A DNA stretch of 64,000 bases, from assembly GCA_051294375.1 (NCBI GenBank), contig CM119264.1, forward strand, positions 21,471,125 through 21,535,124. Direction: 5' to 3'. Shown piece after piece: positions 23,501 through 38,400 of the stretch. Source of the stretch: Paraspadella gotoi. Taxonomy: Eukaryota > Animalia > Chaetognatha. The position numbers and the translations under genes were made by a program. Under the pieces are notes generated by a model. It did no database searches. It saw nothing but the letters and a program-made list of their open reading frames with translations, and was not told the DNA's origin. Each line of letters begins with the position of its first letter. The first letter of the stretch is position 1.

Positions 23501-26500
23501 TTTTCTTTGGAAATATCTTTTTCCGCTGTTTTTTACGTTTTTATCTCTTTTTACATTGGAAAAAACGTTTTTCTTTGTTTTTATCTCTTTTTACATTGGA
23601 AAAAGCGTTTTTCTTTGTTTTTAAAGTTTTTATCTCTTTTTACATTGAAGAAGTTGTTTTCTGGTGTTTTCAACGTTTTTGCCCTTTTTTACAATGGAAA
23701 AGACGTTTTTCGGGGTTTTTAACGTTTTTATCTTTTTTGACATTGGAAAAGTCGGTGGCCGGTGTATTTAACGTTTTTATGTCTTTTTACATTGGAAAAG
23801 TTGTTTGTCGGTGTTTTTAACCTTTTTATCTCTTTTTATATTGCAAAAAATGTTTGTCAAAGTTTTTAAGGTTTTTATTTCTTTTTACATTGAAAAAATC
23901 GTTTGACGGTGTTTTCTACGTTTTTATCTCTTTTTACATTGGAAAAAGCGTTTTTCTTTGTTTTTAAAGTTTTTATCTCTTGGGAAAAGTCGTTTGCTGG
24001 TGTTTTTAACGTTTTTATCTCTTTTTACATAGGAAATGTCGTCTGCCGGTGTATTTAACGTTTTTATCTCTTTTTACATTGTAAAAGTCGTTTGTCGGTA
24101 TTTTTTATCTCTTTTTACATTGGAAAAATCGTTTGCCGGTTTTTTAAAAGTTTTTATTTCTTTTTATATTGGAAAAGATGTTTGCTAGTGTTTTTAACGT
24201 TTTTATCTCTTTTTTACATAGGAAATGTCGTCTGCCGGTGTATTTAACGTTTTTATATCTTTTTACATTGTAGAAGTTGTTTTCTGGTGTTTTCAACGTT
24301 TTTACTTTTTTTTTACAATGGAAAAGACGTTTTTCAGTGTTTTTAACGTTTTTATCTTTTTTGACATTGGAAAAGTTGTTTTCGGGTGTTTTTAACGTTT
24401 TTAGCTCCTTTTACATGAGAAAAGTCGGTTGCCCGTGTATTTAATGTTTTTATCTCTTTTTACATTGGTAAAGTTGTTTGTCGGTGTTTTTAACCTTTTT
24501 ATCTTTTTTTATATTGCAAAAAATGTTTGCCTAAGTTTTTAACGTTTTTATTTCCTTTTACATTTAAAAAATCGTTTGACGGTGTTTTCTACGTTTTTAT
24601 CTCTTTTTACATTGGAAAAAGCGTTTTTCTTTGTTTTTAAAGTTTTTATCTCTTGGGAAAAGTCGTTTGCTGGTGTTTTTAACGTTTTTAAAAATCGTTT
24701 GCCGGTTTTTTAAAAGTTTTTATCTCTTTTTATATTAGAAAAGATGTTTGCTAGTGTTTTTAACGTTTTTATCTCTTTTTTACATAGGAAATGTCGTCTG
24801 CCGGTGTAATTAACGTTTTTATCTCTTTTTACATTGGAAAAGTCGTTTGTCGATGTTTTTAACCTTTTTATCTTTTGTTATAGTGAAAAAGTTGTTTGCC
24901 GAAGTTTTTAACGTTTTTATTTCTTTTTACATAGAAAATATCGTTTGCCGGTGTTTTCTACGTTTTTATCACTTTTTACATTGGAAAAGCGTTTTTCTTT
25001 GTTTCTAAAGTTTTTATCTCTTTTTATATTGGAAAAGTTGTTTGCAGGTGTTTCAAACGTTTTTATCTCTTTTTACAAAAGAAAAGTCGTTTTTCGGCGG
25101 TTTTAAAGTTTTTATCTCTTTTTACATAGGAAAAGAAAACGGAGAAGTCGTTTTTCGGTGTTTTTAACGTTTTTATCTCTTTTTACAAAAGAAAAGTCGT
25201 TTTTTTTATGTTTTTAACGTTTTTATCTCTTTTTACATAGGAATAGTTGTTTGACGGGGTTTTAAACGGTTTTATTTCTTTTTACATTGGAAAAAGCGTT
25301 TTTCTTTGTTTTTAAAGTTTTTATCTCTTTTTAAAATCGTTTGCTGGTGTTTTTAATGTTTTTATCTCTTTTTACATAGGAAATGTCGTCTGCCGGTGTA
25401 TTTGACTTTTGTATTTCTTTTTACATTAAAAAAGTTGTTTGCCGGTGTTTTTAACCTTTTTATCTTTTTTTATATTGTTTGCCGAAGTTTTTAACGTTTT
25501 TATTTCTTTTTACATTGGAAATAGCGTTTTTCTTTGTTTTTAAAGTTTTTATCTCTTTTTACATTGAAGAAGTTGTTTTTTGGTGTTTTCAACGATTTTA
25601 TCCTTTGTTACAATGGAAAAGACGTTTTTCGGTGTTTTTAACTTTTTTATCTTTTTTGACATTGGAAAAGTCGTTTTCGGGCGTTTTTAACGTTTTTAGC
25701 TCTTTTTACATAGGAAAAGTTGTTTGCTGGTGTATTTAACGTTTTTATCTTTTTTTTGACATTGGAAAAGTCGTTTTCGGGTGTTTTTAACGTTTTTATC
25801 TTTTTTTACATGGGAAAAGTCGTTTGTCGGTGTTTTTTATATCTTTTTACATTGGAAAAATAGTTTGAGGGTTTTTTAAAAGTTTTTATCTTTTTTTATA
25901 TTGGAAAAGATGTTTGCTAGTGTTTTTAACATTTTATCTCTTTTTACATAGGAAATGTCAGCTGCCGGTGTATTTAACGTTTTTATCTCTTTTTACATTG
26001 GAAAAGTCGTTTGTCAATTTTTTTAACCTTTTTATCTTTTTTTATATTGAAAAAGTTATTTGCCGGTGTTTTCAATGTTTTTATCTCTTTTTACATTACG
26101 TTTTCCGGTGTTTTTAACGTTTTTAGCTCTTTTTACATTGGAAAAGTCGTTTTCCGGTGTTTTTAACGTTTTTATCTCATTCTACAAAAGAAAAGTAGTT
26201 TTCTGGTGTTTTTAACCTTTTTATCTTTTTATATAATCAAAAAGTTGTTTGCCGGTGTTTTTAACGTTTTTATCTATTTTTATTTTAAAAAAGTTGTTTG
26301 CAGAAGTTTTTATTTCTTTCTTCTTTGAAAATATCGTTTTCCGGTGTTTTCTACGTTTTTATATCTTTTTACATTGGAAAAAGCGTTTTTCTTTGTTTTT
26401 AAAGTTTTTATCTCTTTTTACATTGAAGAAGTTGTTTTCTGGTGTTTTCAACGTTTTTATCTTTTTTTACAAAGGAAAATATGTTTTTCGGTGTTTTTAA

Positions 26501-29500
26501 CGATTTCATTTTTTTTGTCATTGGAAAAGTTTTGTTCGGGTGTTTTTAACGTTTTTAGCTCTTTTTACATAGGAAAGGTCGTTTGCCGGTGTATTTAACG
26601 TTTTTATCTCTTTTTACATTGGAAAAGTTGTTTGTCGGTGTTTTTAACCTTTTTATCTCTTTTTATATTGCAAAAAATGTTTGCCGAAGTTTTTAACGTT
26701 TTTGTTTCTTTTTACATTGAAAAAATCGTTTGCCGGTGTTTTCTACGTTTTTATCTCTTTTTACATTGAAAAAAGCGTTTTTCTTTGTTTTTAAAGTTTT
26801 TATCTGTTTTTAAAATCGTTTGCCGGTGTATTTGACGTTTTTATCTTTTTTTACATTGGAAAAGTCGTTTGTCGGTGTTTTAAAAGTTTTTATCTCTTTT
26901 TATATTGGAAAAGAAGTTTGCTAGTGTTTTTAACGTTTTTATCTCTTTTTACATAGGAAATGTCGTCTTCCGGTGTTTTTAACGTTTTTATCTCTTTTTA
27001 CATTGGAAAAGTCATTTTCCGGTGTTTTTAACGTTTATATCTCATTCTACAAAAGAAAAGTCGTTTTTTGGTGTTTTTATCCTTTTTATCTCTTTAAATA
27101 ATCAAAAAGTTGTTTTTACATTGGAAAAGTCGTTTGTCGGTGTTTTTTATCTCTTTTTACATTTGAAAAATCGTTTGCCGGTTTTTTAAAAGTTTTTATC
27201 TCTTTTTATATTGGAAAAGAAGTTTGCTGGTGTTTTTATCTTGAACAACATATTGAAAAAGTTGTTTGCAGAAGTTTTTATTTCTTTTTTTTTTGAAAAT
27301 ATCGTTTTCCGGTGTTTTCTACGTTTTTATCTCTTTTTACATTGGAAAAAGCGTTTTTCTTTGTTTCTAAAGTTTTTATCTCTTTTTACATTAAAGAAGT
27401 TGTTTTCTGGCTTTTTCAACGTTTTTATCCTTTTTTACAATGGAAAAGACGTTTTTTGGTGTTTTTAACGTTTTTATCTTTTTTGACATTGGAAAAGTCG
27501 TTTTCGGGTGTTTTAAACGTTTTTATCTTTTTTTAAATTGCAAATAAATGTTTGCCGAAGTTTTTAACGTGTTTATTTCTTTTTACATTGAAAATATCGT
27601 TTGCCGGTGTTTTTTACGTTTTTATCTCTTTTTACATTGGAAAAAGCGTTTTTCTTTGTTTTTAAAGTATTTATCTTTTAGGAAAATTCGTTTGCTGGCG
27701 TTTTTAACGTTTTTATCTCTTTTTACCTAGGAAATTTCGTCTGCCAGTGTATTTAACGTTTTTATCTCTTTTTACATTGGAAAAGTCGTTTGTCGGTGTT
27801 TTTTATCTCTTTTTACATTGGAAAATCCGTTTGACGGTTTTTTAAAAGTTTTAATCTCTTTTTATATTGGAAAAGAAGTTTGCTAGTGTTTTAAACGTTT
27901 TTATCTTTTTTAACATAGGAAATGTCGTCTGCCGGTGTATTTAACGTTTTTATCTCTTTTTACATTGGAAAAGTCGTTTGTCGATGTTTTTAACCTTTTT
28001 ATCTCTTTTTATATTGAAAACGTTGTTTGCCGAAGTTTTTAACGTTTTTATTTCTTTTTACATTGGAAAAAGCAATTTTCTTTGTTTTTAAAGTTTTTAT
28101 CTATTTTTACGTTGAATAAGTTTTTTTCTGGTGTTTTCAACGTTTTTATCCTTTTTTACAATGGAAAAGACGTTATTCGGTGTTTTTACGTTTTTATCTT
28201 TTTTGACATTGGAAAAGTCGATTTCGGGTGTTCTTAACGTTTTTAGCTCTTTTTACATAGGAAAAGTCGGTTGCCGGTGTATTTAACGTTTTTATCTCTT
28301 TTTACATTGGAAAAGTTGTTTGTCGGTGTTTTTAACCTTTTTATCTTATTTTATATTGCAAAAAATGTTTGACGAAGTTTTTAACGTTTTCATTTCTTTT
28401 CACATTGAAAAAATCCTTTCCGGTGTTTTCTACGTTTCTATCTCTTTTTACATTGTAAAAAGCGTTTTTCTTTGTTTTTAAAGTTTTTATCTCTTGGGAA
28501 AAGTCGTTTGCTGGTGTTTTTAACGTTTTTATATCTTTTTACATAGGAAATGTCGTCTGCCGGTGTATTTAACGTTTTTATCTCTTTTTACATTGGAAAA
28601 GTCGTTTGTCGGTGTTTTTTATCTTCTTTTACATTAGAAAAACCGTTTGCCGGTTTTTTAAAAGTTTTAATCTCTTTTTATATTGGAAAAGAAGTTTGCT
28701 AGTGTTTTTAACGTTTTTATCTCTTTTAACATAGGAAATGACGTCTGCCGGTGTATTTAACGTTTTGATCTCTTTTTACATTGGAAAAGTCCTTTGTCGG
28801 AATTTTTTATATCTTTTTACATTGGAAAAATCGTTTGCCGGTTTTTTAAAAGTTTTTATCTCTTTTTATATTGGAAAAGATGTTTGCTAGTGTTTTTAAC
28901 GTTTTTATCTCTTTTTTACACTGAAGAAGTTGTTTTCTGGTGTTTTCAACGTTTTTATATTTTTTTACAAAGGAAAAGACGTTTTTCAGTGTTTTTAACG
29001 TTTTTATCTTTTTTAACATTGAAAAAGTTGTTTTCGGGTGTTTTTAACGTTTTTATTTTTTTTTATATTTCAAAAAATGTTTGCCGAAGTTTTTAACGTT
29101 TTTATATTTTTTTATATTGAAAAAGTTGTTTGCCGAAGTTTTTAACGTTTTTATTTCTTTTTAAATAGAAATTATCGTTTGCCGTTGTTTTCTATGTTTT
29201 TATCACTTTTTACATTGGAAAAAGCGTTTTTCTTTGTTTCTAAAGTTTTTATCTCTTTTTATATTGGAAAAGTCATTTGTCGATGTTTTTAACCTTTTTA
29301 TCTTTTTTTATATTGAAAAAGTTGTTGGCCGAAGTTTTTAACGTTTTTATTTCTTTTTACATAGAAAATATCGTTTGCCGATTTTTTCTACGTTTTTATC
29401 ACTTTTTACATTGGAAAAAACGTTTTTCTTTGTTTCTAACGTTTTTATCTCTTTTTATATTGGAAAAGTTGTTTGCAGGTTTTTTAAACGTTTTTATCTC

Positions 29501-32500
29501 TTTTTACAGAGGAAAAGTCGTTTTTCGGTGTTTTTAACGTTTTTATCTTTTTTTACATCGGGAAAAAAACGGAGAAGTCGTTTCTCGGTGTTTTTAAATG
29601 TTTTAGCTTTTTTTACATAGAAAAAGGAAAAGGAAAAGTCGTTTTTCGGTGTTTTTAACGTTTTTAGCTTTTTTTTACATAGGAAAAGGAAAAGGAAAAG
29701 TCGTTTTTCGGTGTTTTTAACGTTTTCATCTCTTTTTACAAAAGAAAAGTCGTTTTTTGATGTTTTTAACGTTTTTAGCTTTTTTTACATAGGAAAAGTT
29801 GTTTGACGGGGTTTTAAACGGTTTTATCTTTTTTCATTTTAAAAAAGTTGTTTTCCGAAGTTTTTAACGTTTTTATTTCTTTTTACATAGAAAATATCGT
29901 TTGCCGGTGTTTTCTACTTTTTGGAAAAAGCGTTTTTCTTTGTTTATAAAGTTTTTATCTCTTTTTATATTGGAAAAGTCGTTTGCAGGTGTTTTATACG
30001 TTTTTATATTTTTTTACTTAGGAAATGTCGTCTGCCGGTGTATTTAACGTTTTCAGCTCTTTTTACAAAGGAAAAGTCGTTTTCCAGTGTTTTTAACGTT
30101 TACATTTTTTTTTACTAAGGAAAAGTCGTTTGCTAGTGTTTTTAACTTTTTTATCCATTTTTAATTTGAAAAAGTCGATTGTCGCTTGGAAAGTCGTTTG
30201 CCAAAGTTTTTAACGTTTTTATTACTTTTTACATTGAAAAAGTTGTTTGCCGGTGTTTTCAATGTTTTTATCTCTTTTTACATTACGTTTTCCGGTGTTT
30301 TTAACGTTTTTATCTCATTCTACAAAAGAAAAGTCGTTTTCTGGAGTTTTTAACTTTTTTATCTCTATATACAATCAAAAAGTTGTTTGGCGGTGTTTTT
30401 AACCTTTTTATCTATTTTTATTTTGAAAAAGTTGTTTGCAGAAGTTTTTATTTCTTTTTACTTTTAAAATATCGTTTTCCGGTGTTTTCTACGTTTTTAT
30501 CTCTTTTTACATTCGAAAAAACGTTTTTTCTTTGTTTTTAAAGTTTTTATCTCTTTTTATATTGAAGAAGTTGTTTTCTGGTATTTTCAATGTTTTTATC
30601 CTTTTTTACAATGGAAAATACGTTTTTCGGAGTTTTTAACGTTTTTATCTTTTTTGACATTGAAAAAGTCGTTTTCGGGTGTTTTTAACGTTTTTAGCTC
30701 TTTTTACATAGGAAAAGTCGTTTGCTGGTGTATTTAACGTTTTTATCTCTTTTTTGACATTGGAAAAGTCGTTTTCGTGTGTTTTTAACGTTTTTTTTTT
30801 TTTTCTGTGGAAAAATCGTTTGCCGGTTTTTTAAAAGTTTTTATCTTTTTTTATATTGGAAAAGAAGTTTGCTAGTGTTTTTAACGTTTTTATCTCTTTT
30901 TACATAGGAAATGTCGTTTGCCGGTGTATTTAACGTTTTTATTTCTTTTTACATTTGAAAAGTCGTTTGTCGATGTTTTTAACCTTTTTATCTCTTTTTA
31001 TATTGAAAAACTTGTTTGCCGAAGTTTTTAACGTTTTTATTTCTTTTTACTTTGGAAAAAGCGTTTTTCTTTGTTTTTAAAGTTTTTATCTCTTTTTACA
31101 TTGAAGAAGTTGTTTTCTGGTGTTTTCAACGTTTTTATCCTTTTTTACAATGCAAAAGACGTTTTTCGGTGTTTTTAACGTTTTTATTTCTTTTTACATT
31201 GAAAAAGTTGTTTGCCGGTGTTTTCAATGTTTTTATCTCTTTTTACATTACGTTTTCCGGTGTTTTTAACGTGTTTAGCTCTTTTTACTTTGGAAAAGTC
31301 ATTTTACAGTGTTTTTAACATTTTCATTTTTTTTACTAGGAAAAGTCGTTTCCGGAGTTTTTAACGTTTTTATCTCAATCAACAAANNNNNNNNNNNNNN
31401 NNNNNNNNNNNNNNNNNNNNNNNNNNNNNNNNNNNNNNNNNNNNNNNNNNNNNNNNNNNNNNNNNNNNNNNNNNNNNNNNNNNNNNCAATGTAAAAAAAG
31501 ATGAAAACGTTAAAAACACCGAAAAAAGACTTTTTCTTTTTCTTTTCCTAAGTAAAAAAGCTAAAAACGTTAAAAACACCGAAAAACGACTTTTCCTTTT
31601 TAAAAAGAGATGAAAACGTTAAATACACCGGCAGACGACATTTCCTATGTAAAAAGAGATAAAAACGTTTAAAACATCTGCAAACGACTTTTCCAATATA
31701 AAAAGAGATAAAAACTTTAGAAACAAAGAAAAAGGCTTTTTCCAATGTAAAAAGTGATAAAAACGTAGAAAACACAGGCAAACGATAAAAAGAAATAAAA
31801 ACGTTAAAAACTTCGGCAAACAACTTTTTCAATATAAAAAAAAAGATAAAAAGGTTAAAAACATCGACAAGGACTTTTTCAATATAAAAAGAGATAAAAA
31901 CGTTAAATACACCGNNNNNNNNNNNNNNNNNNNNNNNNNNNNNNNNNNNNNNNNNNNNNNNNNNNNNNNNNNNNNNNNNNNNNNNNNNNNNNNNNNNNNN
32001 NNNNNNNNNNNNNNNNNNNNNNNNNNNNNNNNNNNNNNNNNNNNNNNNNNNNNNNNNNNNNNNNNNNNNNNNNNNNNNNNNNNNNNNNNNNNNNNNNNNN
32101 NNNNTTTCCTTTGTAAAAAGAGATAAAAACGTTAAAAACACTAGAAAACTCCTTTTCCAATATAAAAAAGAAAAAAACTTTTAAAAAACCGGCAAACGAT
32201 TTTTCCAATGTAAAAAGAGATAAAAAACACCGACAAACGACTTTTCCAATGTAAAAAGAGATAAAAACGTTAAAAACACCCGAAAACGACTTTTCCAATG
32301 TCAAAAAAGAGATAAAAACGTTAAATACACCAGCAAACGACTTTTCCTTTGTAAAAAGAACTAAAAACGTTAAAAACACCCGAAAACGACTTTTCCATTG
32401 TCAACAAAAATAAAAACGTTAAAAACACCGAAAAACGTCTTTTCCATTTTAAAAAAGGATAAAAACGTAGAAAACACCAGAAAACAACTTCTTCAATGTA

Positions 32501-35071
32501 AAAAGAGTTAAAAACTTTAAAAACAAAGAAAAAACGCTTTTTCGAATGTAAAAAGAGATAAAAACGTAAAAAACACCGGAAAATGATATTTTCCAAAAAA
32601 AAAGAAATAAAAATTTCTGCAAACAACTTTTTCAATATAAAAAAAGATATAAAAGTTAAAAACACCGACAAACAACTTTTTGATTGTATAAAGAGATAAA
32701 AACGTTAAAAACACCAGAAACCACCTTTTCTTTTCCTTTTCCTCTGTAAAAAAAGCTAAAAACGTTAAAAACATCGAGAAACGACTTCTCCGTTTTCTTT
32801 TTCTATGTAAAAAGAGATAAAAACGTTAAAAACACCGAAAAACGACTTTTCCTTTGTAAAAAGAGATGAAAACGTTAAATACAACGGCAGACGACATTTC
32901 CTATGTAAAAAGATATGAAAACGTTTAAAACACCCGAAAACGACTTTTCCAATATCAAAAAAGAGATAAAAACGTTAATTACACCAGCAATCGACTTTTC
33001 CTATGTAAAAAGAGCTAAAAACGTTAAAAACACCCGAAAACGACTTTTCCAATGTCAACAAAAATAAAAACGTTAAAAACACCGAAAAACGTCTTTTCCG
33101 TTGTAAAAAAGGATAAAAACGTTGAAAACACCAGAAAACAACTTCTTCAATGTAAAAAGAGATAAAAACTTTAAAAACAAAGAAAACCGCTTTTTCCAAT
33201 GTAAAAAGAAATAAAAACGTTAAAAACTTCGGCAGACGACATTTCCTATATAAAAAGAGATAAAAACGTTAAAAACACTAGCAAACTTCTTACAATAGAA
33301 AAAGAGATAAAAACTTTTAAAAAACCGGAAAACGATTTTTCCAATGTAAAAAGAGATAAAAAACACCGGCAGACGACATTTCCAATGCAAAAAGAGATAA
33401 AAACTTTTAAAACACCAGCAAACGACTTTTCCTATGTAAAAAGAGCTAAAAACGTTAAAAACACCCGGAAACGACTTTTCCAATGTCAACAAAAATAAAA
33501 ACGTTAAAAATACCAAAAACGTCTTTTCCGTTGTAAAAAAGGATAAAACCGGTTTTTTTGCAATATAAAAAGAGATAAAAAGGTTAAAATCACCGACAAA
33601 CAACTTTTCCAATGTAAAAAGAGATAAAAACGTTAAAACACCGGCAACCGACTTTTCTCATGTAAAAAGAGCTAAAAACGTTAAAAACACCCGAAAACGA
33701 CTTTTCCAATGTCAATAAAAATAAAAACGTTAAAGACACCGAAAAACGTCTTTTCCATTGTAAAAAAGGATAAAAACGTTGAAAACACTAGAAAACAACT
33801 TCTTCAATGTAAACAGAGATTAAAACTTTAAAAACAAAGAAAAAAAGCTTTTTCCAATGTAAAAAGAGATAAAAACATTGAAAACACCGACAAACAACTT
33901 TTCTCATGTAAAAAGAGATAAAAACGTCAAAAACACTAGCAAACTTCTTTTCCAATATAAAATGAGATAAAAACTTTTAAAAAACCGGCAAACGATTTTT
34001 CCAGTGTAAAAATAGATGAAAAACACCGACAAACGACTTTTCCAATGTAAAAAGGGATAAAAACGTTAAAAACACCCAAAAACGACTTTTCCAATGTCAA
34101 GAAAGATAAAAACGTTAAAAACACCGAGAAACGCCTTTTTCATTGTAAAAAAGGATAAAAACGTTGAAATCACCAGAAAACAACTTCTTCAATGTAAAAA
34201 GAGATAAAAACTTTAAAAACAAAGAAAAAACGCTTTTTTCAATGTAAAAACAGATAAAACGTAGAAAACACCGGAAAACGATATTTTTCTAGAAAAAAGT
34301 AATAAAAAGTTCTGCAAACAACTTTTTCAATACAAAAATAGATAAAAAGGTTAAAAACACCGACAAACAACTTTTTGATTTATAAAGAGATAAAAATGTT
34401 AAAAACCCCAGAAAACGACTTTTCTTCTGTAGAATGAGATAAAAACGTTAAAACACCCTTAAACGACTTTTCCAATGTCAACAAAAATAAAAACGTTAAA
34501 AACACCAAAAAACGTCTTTTCCTTTGTAAAAAAGGATAAAAACGTTGAAAACACCAGAAAACAACTTCTTCAATGTAAAAAAAGATGAAAACGTTAAAAA
34601 CTCCGAGAAACGACTTCTCCATTTTCTTTTCTAATGTAAAAAGAGATAAAAACGTTAAAAACACCGAAAAACGACTTTTCCTTTGTAAAAAGAGATGAAA
34701 ACGTTAAATACACCGGCAGACGACATTTCCTAGAGAGATAAAAACGTTTAAAACACCTGCAAACGACTTTTTCAATATAAAAAGAGATAAAAACTTTAGA
34801 AACAAAAAAAAGGCATTTTCCAAAGTAAAAAGTGATAAAAACGTAGAAAACACCGGCAACCGATAAAAAGAAATAAAAACGTTAAAAACACCCGAAAACG
34901 ACTNNNNNNNNNNNNNNNNNNNNNNNNNTTACTTTCCCCAATTTAGCTATATGTGATCATTGTAATACTGTTATAACTATATAAGATTATTTGTACTACT
35001 GCCTTACATGTGATCATTTGTACTCACTGTTTAGCTTACTCATATATTTGCCATTTAACAAAATTTGTTTT

Positions 35072-35448
35072 GGGGGGGAATGTTAGTAATATTTTAATTA
35101 GCCTCCAATTTAGTAATTAACTTTCGTTCAAATTTTGTCTCTCTAAATTTTCTCAGTTCCAAAGTTTAATATTCATAGATTCCCAGGAACTCAGCGCCTA
35201 TTTTGTAAACATTTTGTCTAAGTAGAATAAACAAAGGAAGAGAGACGAGAGGAGGCCGAGATTTTCGTACATTCCATTTTTAGATCTCAAGGGAGTAAGA
35301 CGCAATATTTTATCAACTGTTTTATTAACTAATACAACTTTGGCAATCAACAATTATTTCAGGTAACTTCAAAACTAATTAGACAGACTATGCATAGTTC
35401 AGCTCTCTATCCGTCATCTATTTAGGGTCACAGGTCACGTTACCGACA
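35072..35448 (+). mobile_element. Polypurine tract plus 3' LTR (368 bp) of a Ty3/Gypsy element
   Basis: GGGGGGGAA immediately precedes TGTTAGTAA...TTACCGACA (TG..CA with short TIR). Homologous in reverse to 50162-50532. Confidence 0.88.
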
Positions 35449-38400
35449 TTACATTGAAGAAGTTGTTTTCTGGTCTTTTCAACGTTTTATCCTTTTTTAC
35501 AATGGAAAAGACGTTTTTCGGTGTTTTAACGTTTTTATCTTTTTTGACATTGGAAAAGTCGTTTTCGTTTTTAGCTCTTTTTACATAGGAAAAGTCGGTT
35601 GCCGGAGTATTTAACCTTTTTATCTATTTTTATATTGAAAAAGTTGTTTGTAGAAGTTTTATTTCTTTTTTCTTTGAAAATATCGTTTTCCGGTGTTTTC
35701 TACGTTTTACATGGAAAAAGCGTTTTTCTTTGTTTCTAAAGTTTTTATCTCTTTTTATATTGGAAAGTCGTTTGCAGGTGTTTTAAACGTTTTTATCTCT
35801 TTTTACATAGGAAATGTCGTCTGCCGGTGTATTTAACGTTTCATCTCTTTTTACAAAGGAAAAGACGTTTTTCGGTTTTTTTCTCTTTTTACAAAAGAAA
35901 AGTCGTTTTTTGATGTTTTTAACGTTTTTAGCTTTTTTACATAGAATAGTCGTTTGACGGGATTTTAAACTGTTTTATTTTTTTTTATTGGAAAAGTCGT
36001 TTGCCAAAGTTTTTAACGTTTTAAATTCTTTTTACATTGGAAAAGTGCTTTTTCGGTTTTTTAACGTTTTTATCTCTTTTTGCATTGGAAAAAGTCGTTT
36101 TCCAGTGTTTTTAACGTTTTCATTTTTTTTACTAGGAAAAAGTCGTTTTCCGGTGTTTTTAACGTTTTTATCTCATTCTACAAAAGAAAAGTCGTTTTCT
36201 GGTGTTTTTAACGTATTTATCTTTTTTGACATTGGAAAAGTGGTTTTCGGGTGTTTTTAACGTTTTTAGCTCTTTTTACATTGGAGAAGTGTTTGTCGGT
36301 GTTTTTAACCTTTTTATCTCTTTATATATTGCAAAAAAAGTTTGCCGAAGTTTTTAACGTTTTTATTTCTTTTTACATTAAAAAATCGTTTGCCGGTGTT
36401 TTCTACGTTTTTATCTTTTTTTATTGGAAAAAGCGTTTTTCTTTGTTTTTAAAGTTTTTATTTCTTTGGAAAAGTCGTTTGCTGGTGTTTTTAACGTTTT
36501 TATCTCTTTTTACTTTGAAAAGTCGTTTGTCGATGTTTTTAACCTTTTCATCTCTTTTTATATTAATGTTGCCAAAGTTTTTAACGTTTTTATTTCTTTT
36601 TACATTTGAAAAAGCGTTTTTCTTTGTTTTTAAAGTTTTTATCTCTTTTTACAATGAAAAAGTTGTTTTCTGGTCTTTTCAACGTTTTTATCCTTTTTTT
36701 ACAATGGAAAAGACATTTATCGGTGTTTTTAACGTTTTTTATTTTTTTTTACATAGGAAAAGTCGGTTGCCGGTGTATTTAACGTTTTTATCTCTTTTTA
36801 CATTGGAAAAGTTGCTTGCGGTGTTTTTAACCTTTTTATCTCTTTTTATATTGCAAAAAATGTTTGCCGAAGTTTTTAACGTTTATATTTCTTTTTATAT
36901 TGAAAAAATCGTTTGCCGGTGTTTTCTACGTTTTATCTTTTTTTATATTGGAAAAAGCGTTTTTCTTTTTGTTAAAGTTTTTATCTCTTGGGAAAAGTCG
37001 TTTGTTGTGTATTTAACGTTTTTATATCTTTTTACATAGAAAGTTGTTTGTCGGTATTTTTTATCTCTTTTTACCTTGGAAAAATCTTTTGCCGGTTTTT
37101 TAAAAGTTTTTATCTCTTTTTATATTGGAAAAGATGTTTGCTTGTGTTTTTAACGTTTTTATCTCTTTTTACATAGGAAAAGTCGTTTGTCGATGTTTTT
37201 AACCTTTTTATCTCTTTTATATTAAAAAGTTGTTTGCCAAAGTTTTAACGTTTTAGTTCTTTTTACAATGGAAAAAAGCGTTTTTCTTTGTTTTTAAAGT
37301 TGTTATCTCTTTTTACATTGAAGAAGGTTTTTTCTTGGTGTTTTCAACGTTTTGATCCTTTTTTACAACGTAAAAGACGTTTTTCGGTGTTTTTAACGTT
37401 TTTATTTTTGTTGACATTGGAAAAGTCGTTTCGGGTGTTTTTAACGTTTTTAGCTCTTTTACATAGGAAAAGTCGTTTGCTGGTGTATTTAACGTTTTTA
37501 TCTCTTTTTTGACAATGGAAAAGTCGTTTTCGGGTGTTTTGAACGTTTTTATCTCTTTTTACATTGGAAAAGTCGTTTGTCGGTGTTTTTTATCTTTTTA
37601 CATTGAAAAATCGTTTGCCGGTTTTTTAAAAGTTTTTATCTTTTTCTATTGAAAAAGAAGTTTGCTAAGTTTTAACGTTTTTATCTCTTTTACATAGGAA
37701 ATGTCGTCTGCCGGTGTATTTAACGTTTTTATCTCTATTTTACATTGGAAAAGTCGTTTGTCGATGTTTTTAACCTTTTTATCTTTTTTATATTGAAAAA
37801 GTTGTTTGCCGAAGTTTTTAACGTTTTTATTTCTTTTATCGTTTGCCGGTGTTTCTACGTTTTATCACTTTTTACCTTGGAAAAAGCGTTTTTCTTTGTT
37901 TCTAAAGTTTTTATCTCTTTTATATTGGAAAAGTCGTTTGCAGATGTTTTAAACGTTTTTACTCTTTTTACATAGGAAATGTCGTCTGCCGTGTATTAAC
38001 GTTTCATCTCTTTTTACAAAGGAAAAGTCGTTTTTTCTGTGTTTTTAACGTTTTATCTCATTCTACAGAAAAAAGTCGTTTTCTGGTGTTTTAACCTTTT
38101 TATCTCTTCATACAATCAAAAAGTTTTTTGTCGGTGTTTTTAACCTTATATCTATTTTTATATTGAAAAAGTTGTTTGCAGAAGTTTTTATTTCTTTTTT
38201 CTTGGAAAAATATCGTTTTCCGGTGTTTTCTACGTTTTATCTTTTTTTTACATTCGAAAAAAGCGTTTTTTCTTTGTTTTTAAAGTTTTTATCTCTTTTA
38301 CATTGAAGAAGTTGTTTTCTGGTGTTTTCAATGTTTTATTCTTTTTTTTAAATGGAAAAGACGTTTTTGGTGTTTTGAACGTTTTATTTTTGTTAACATC

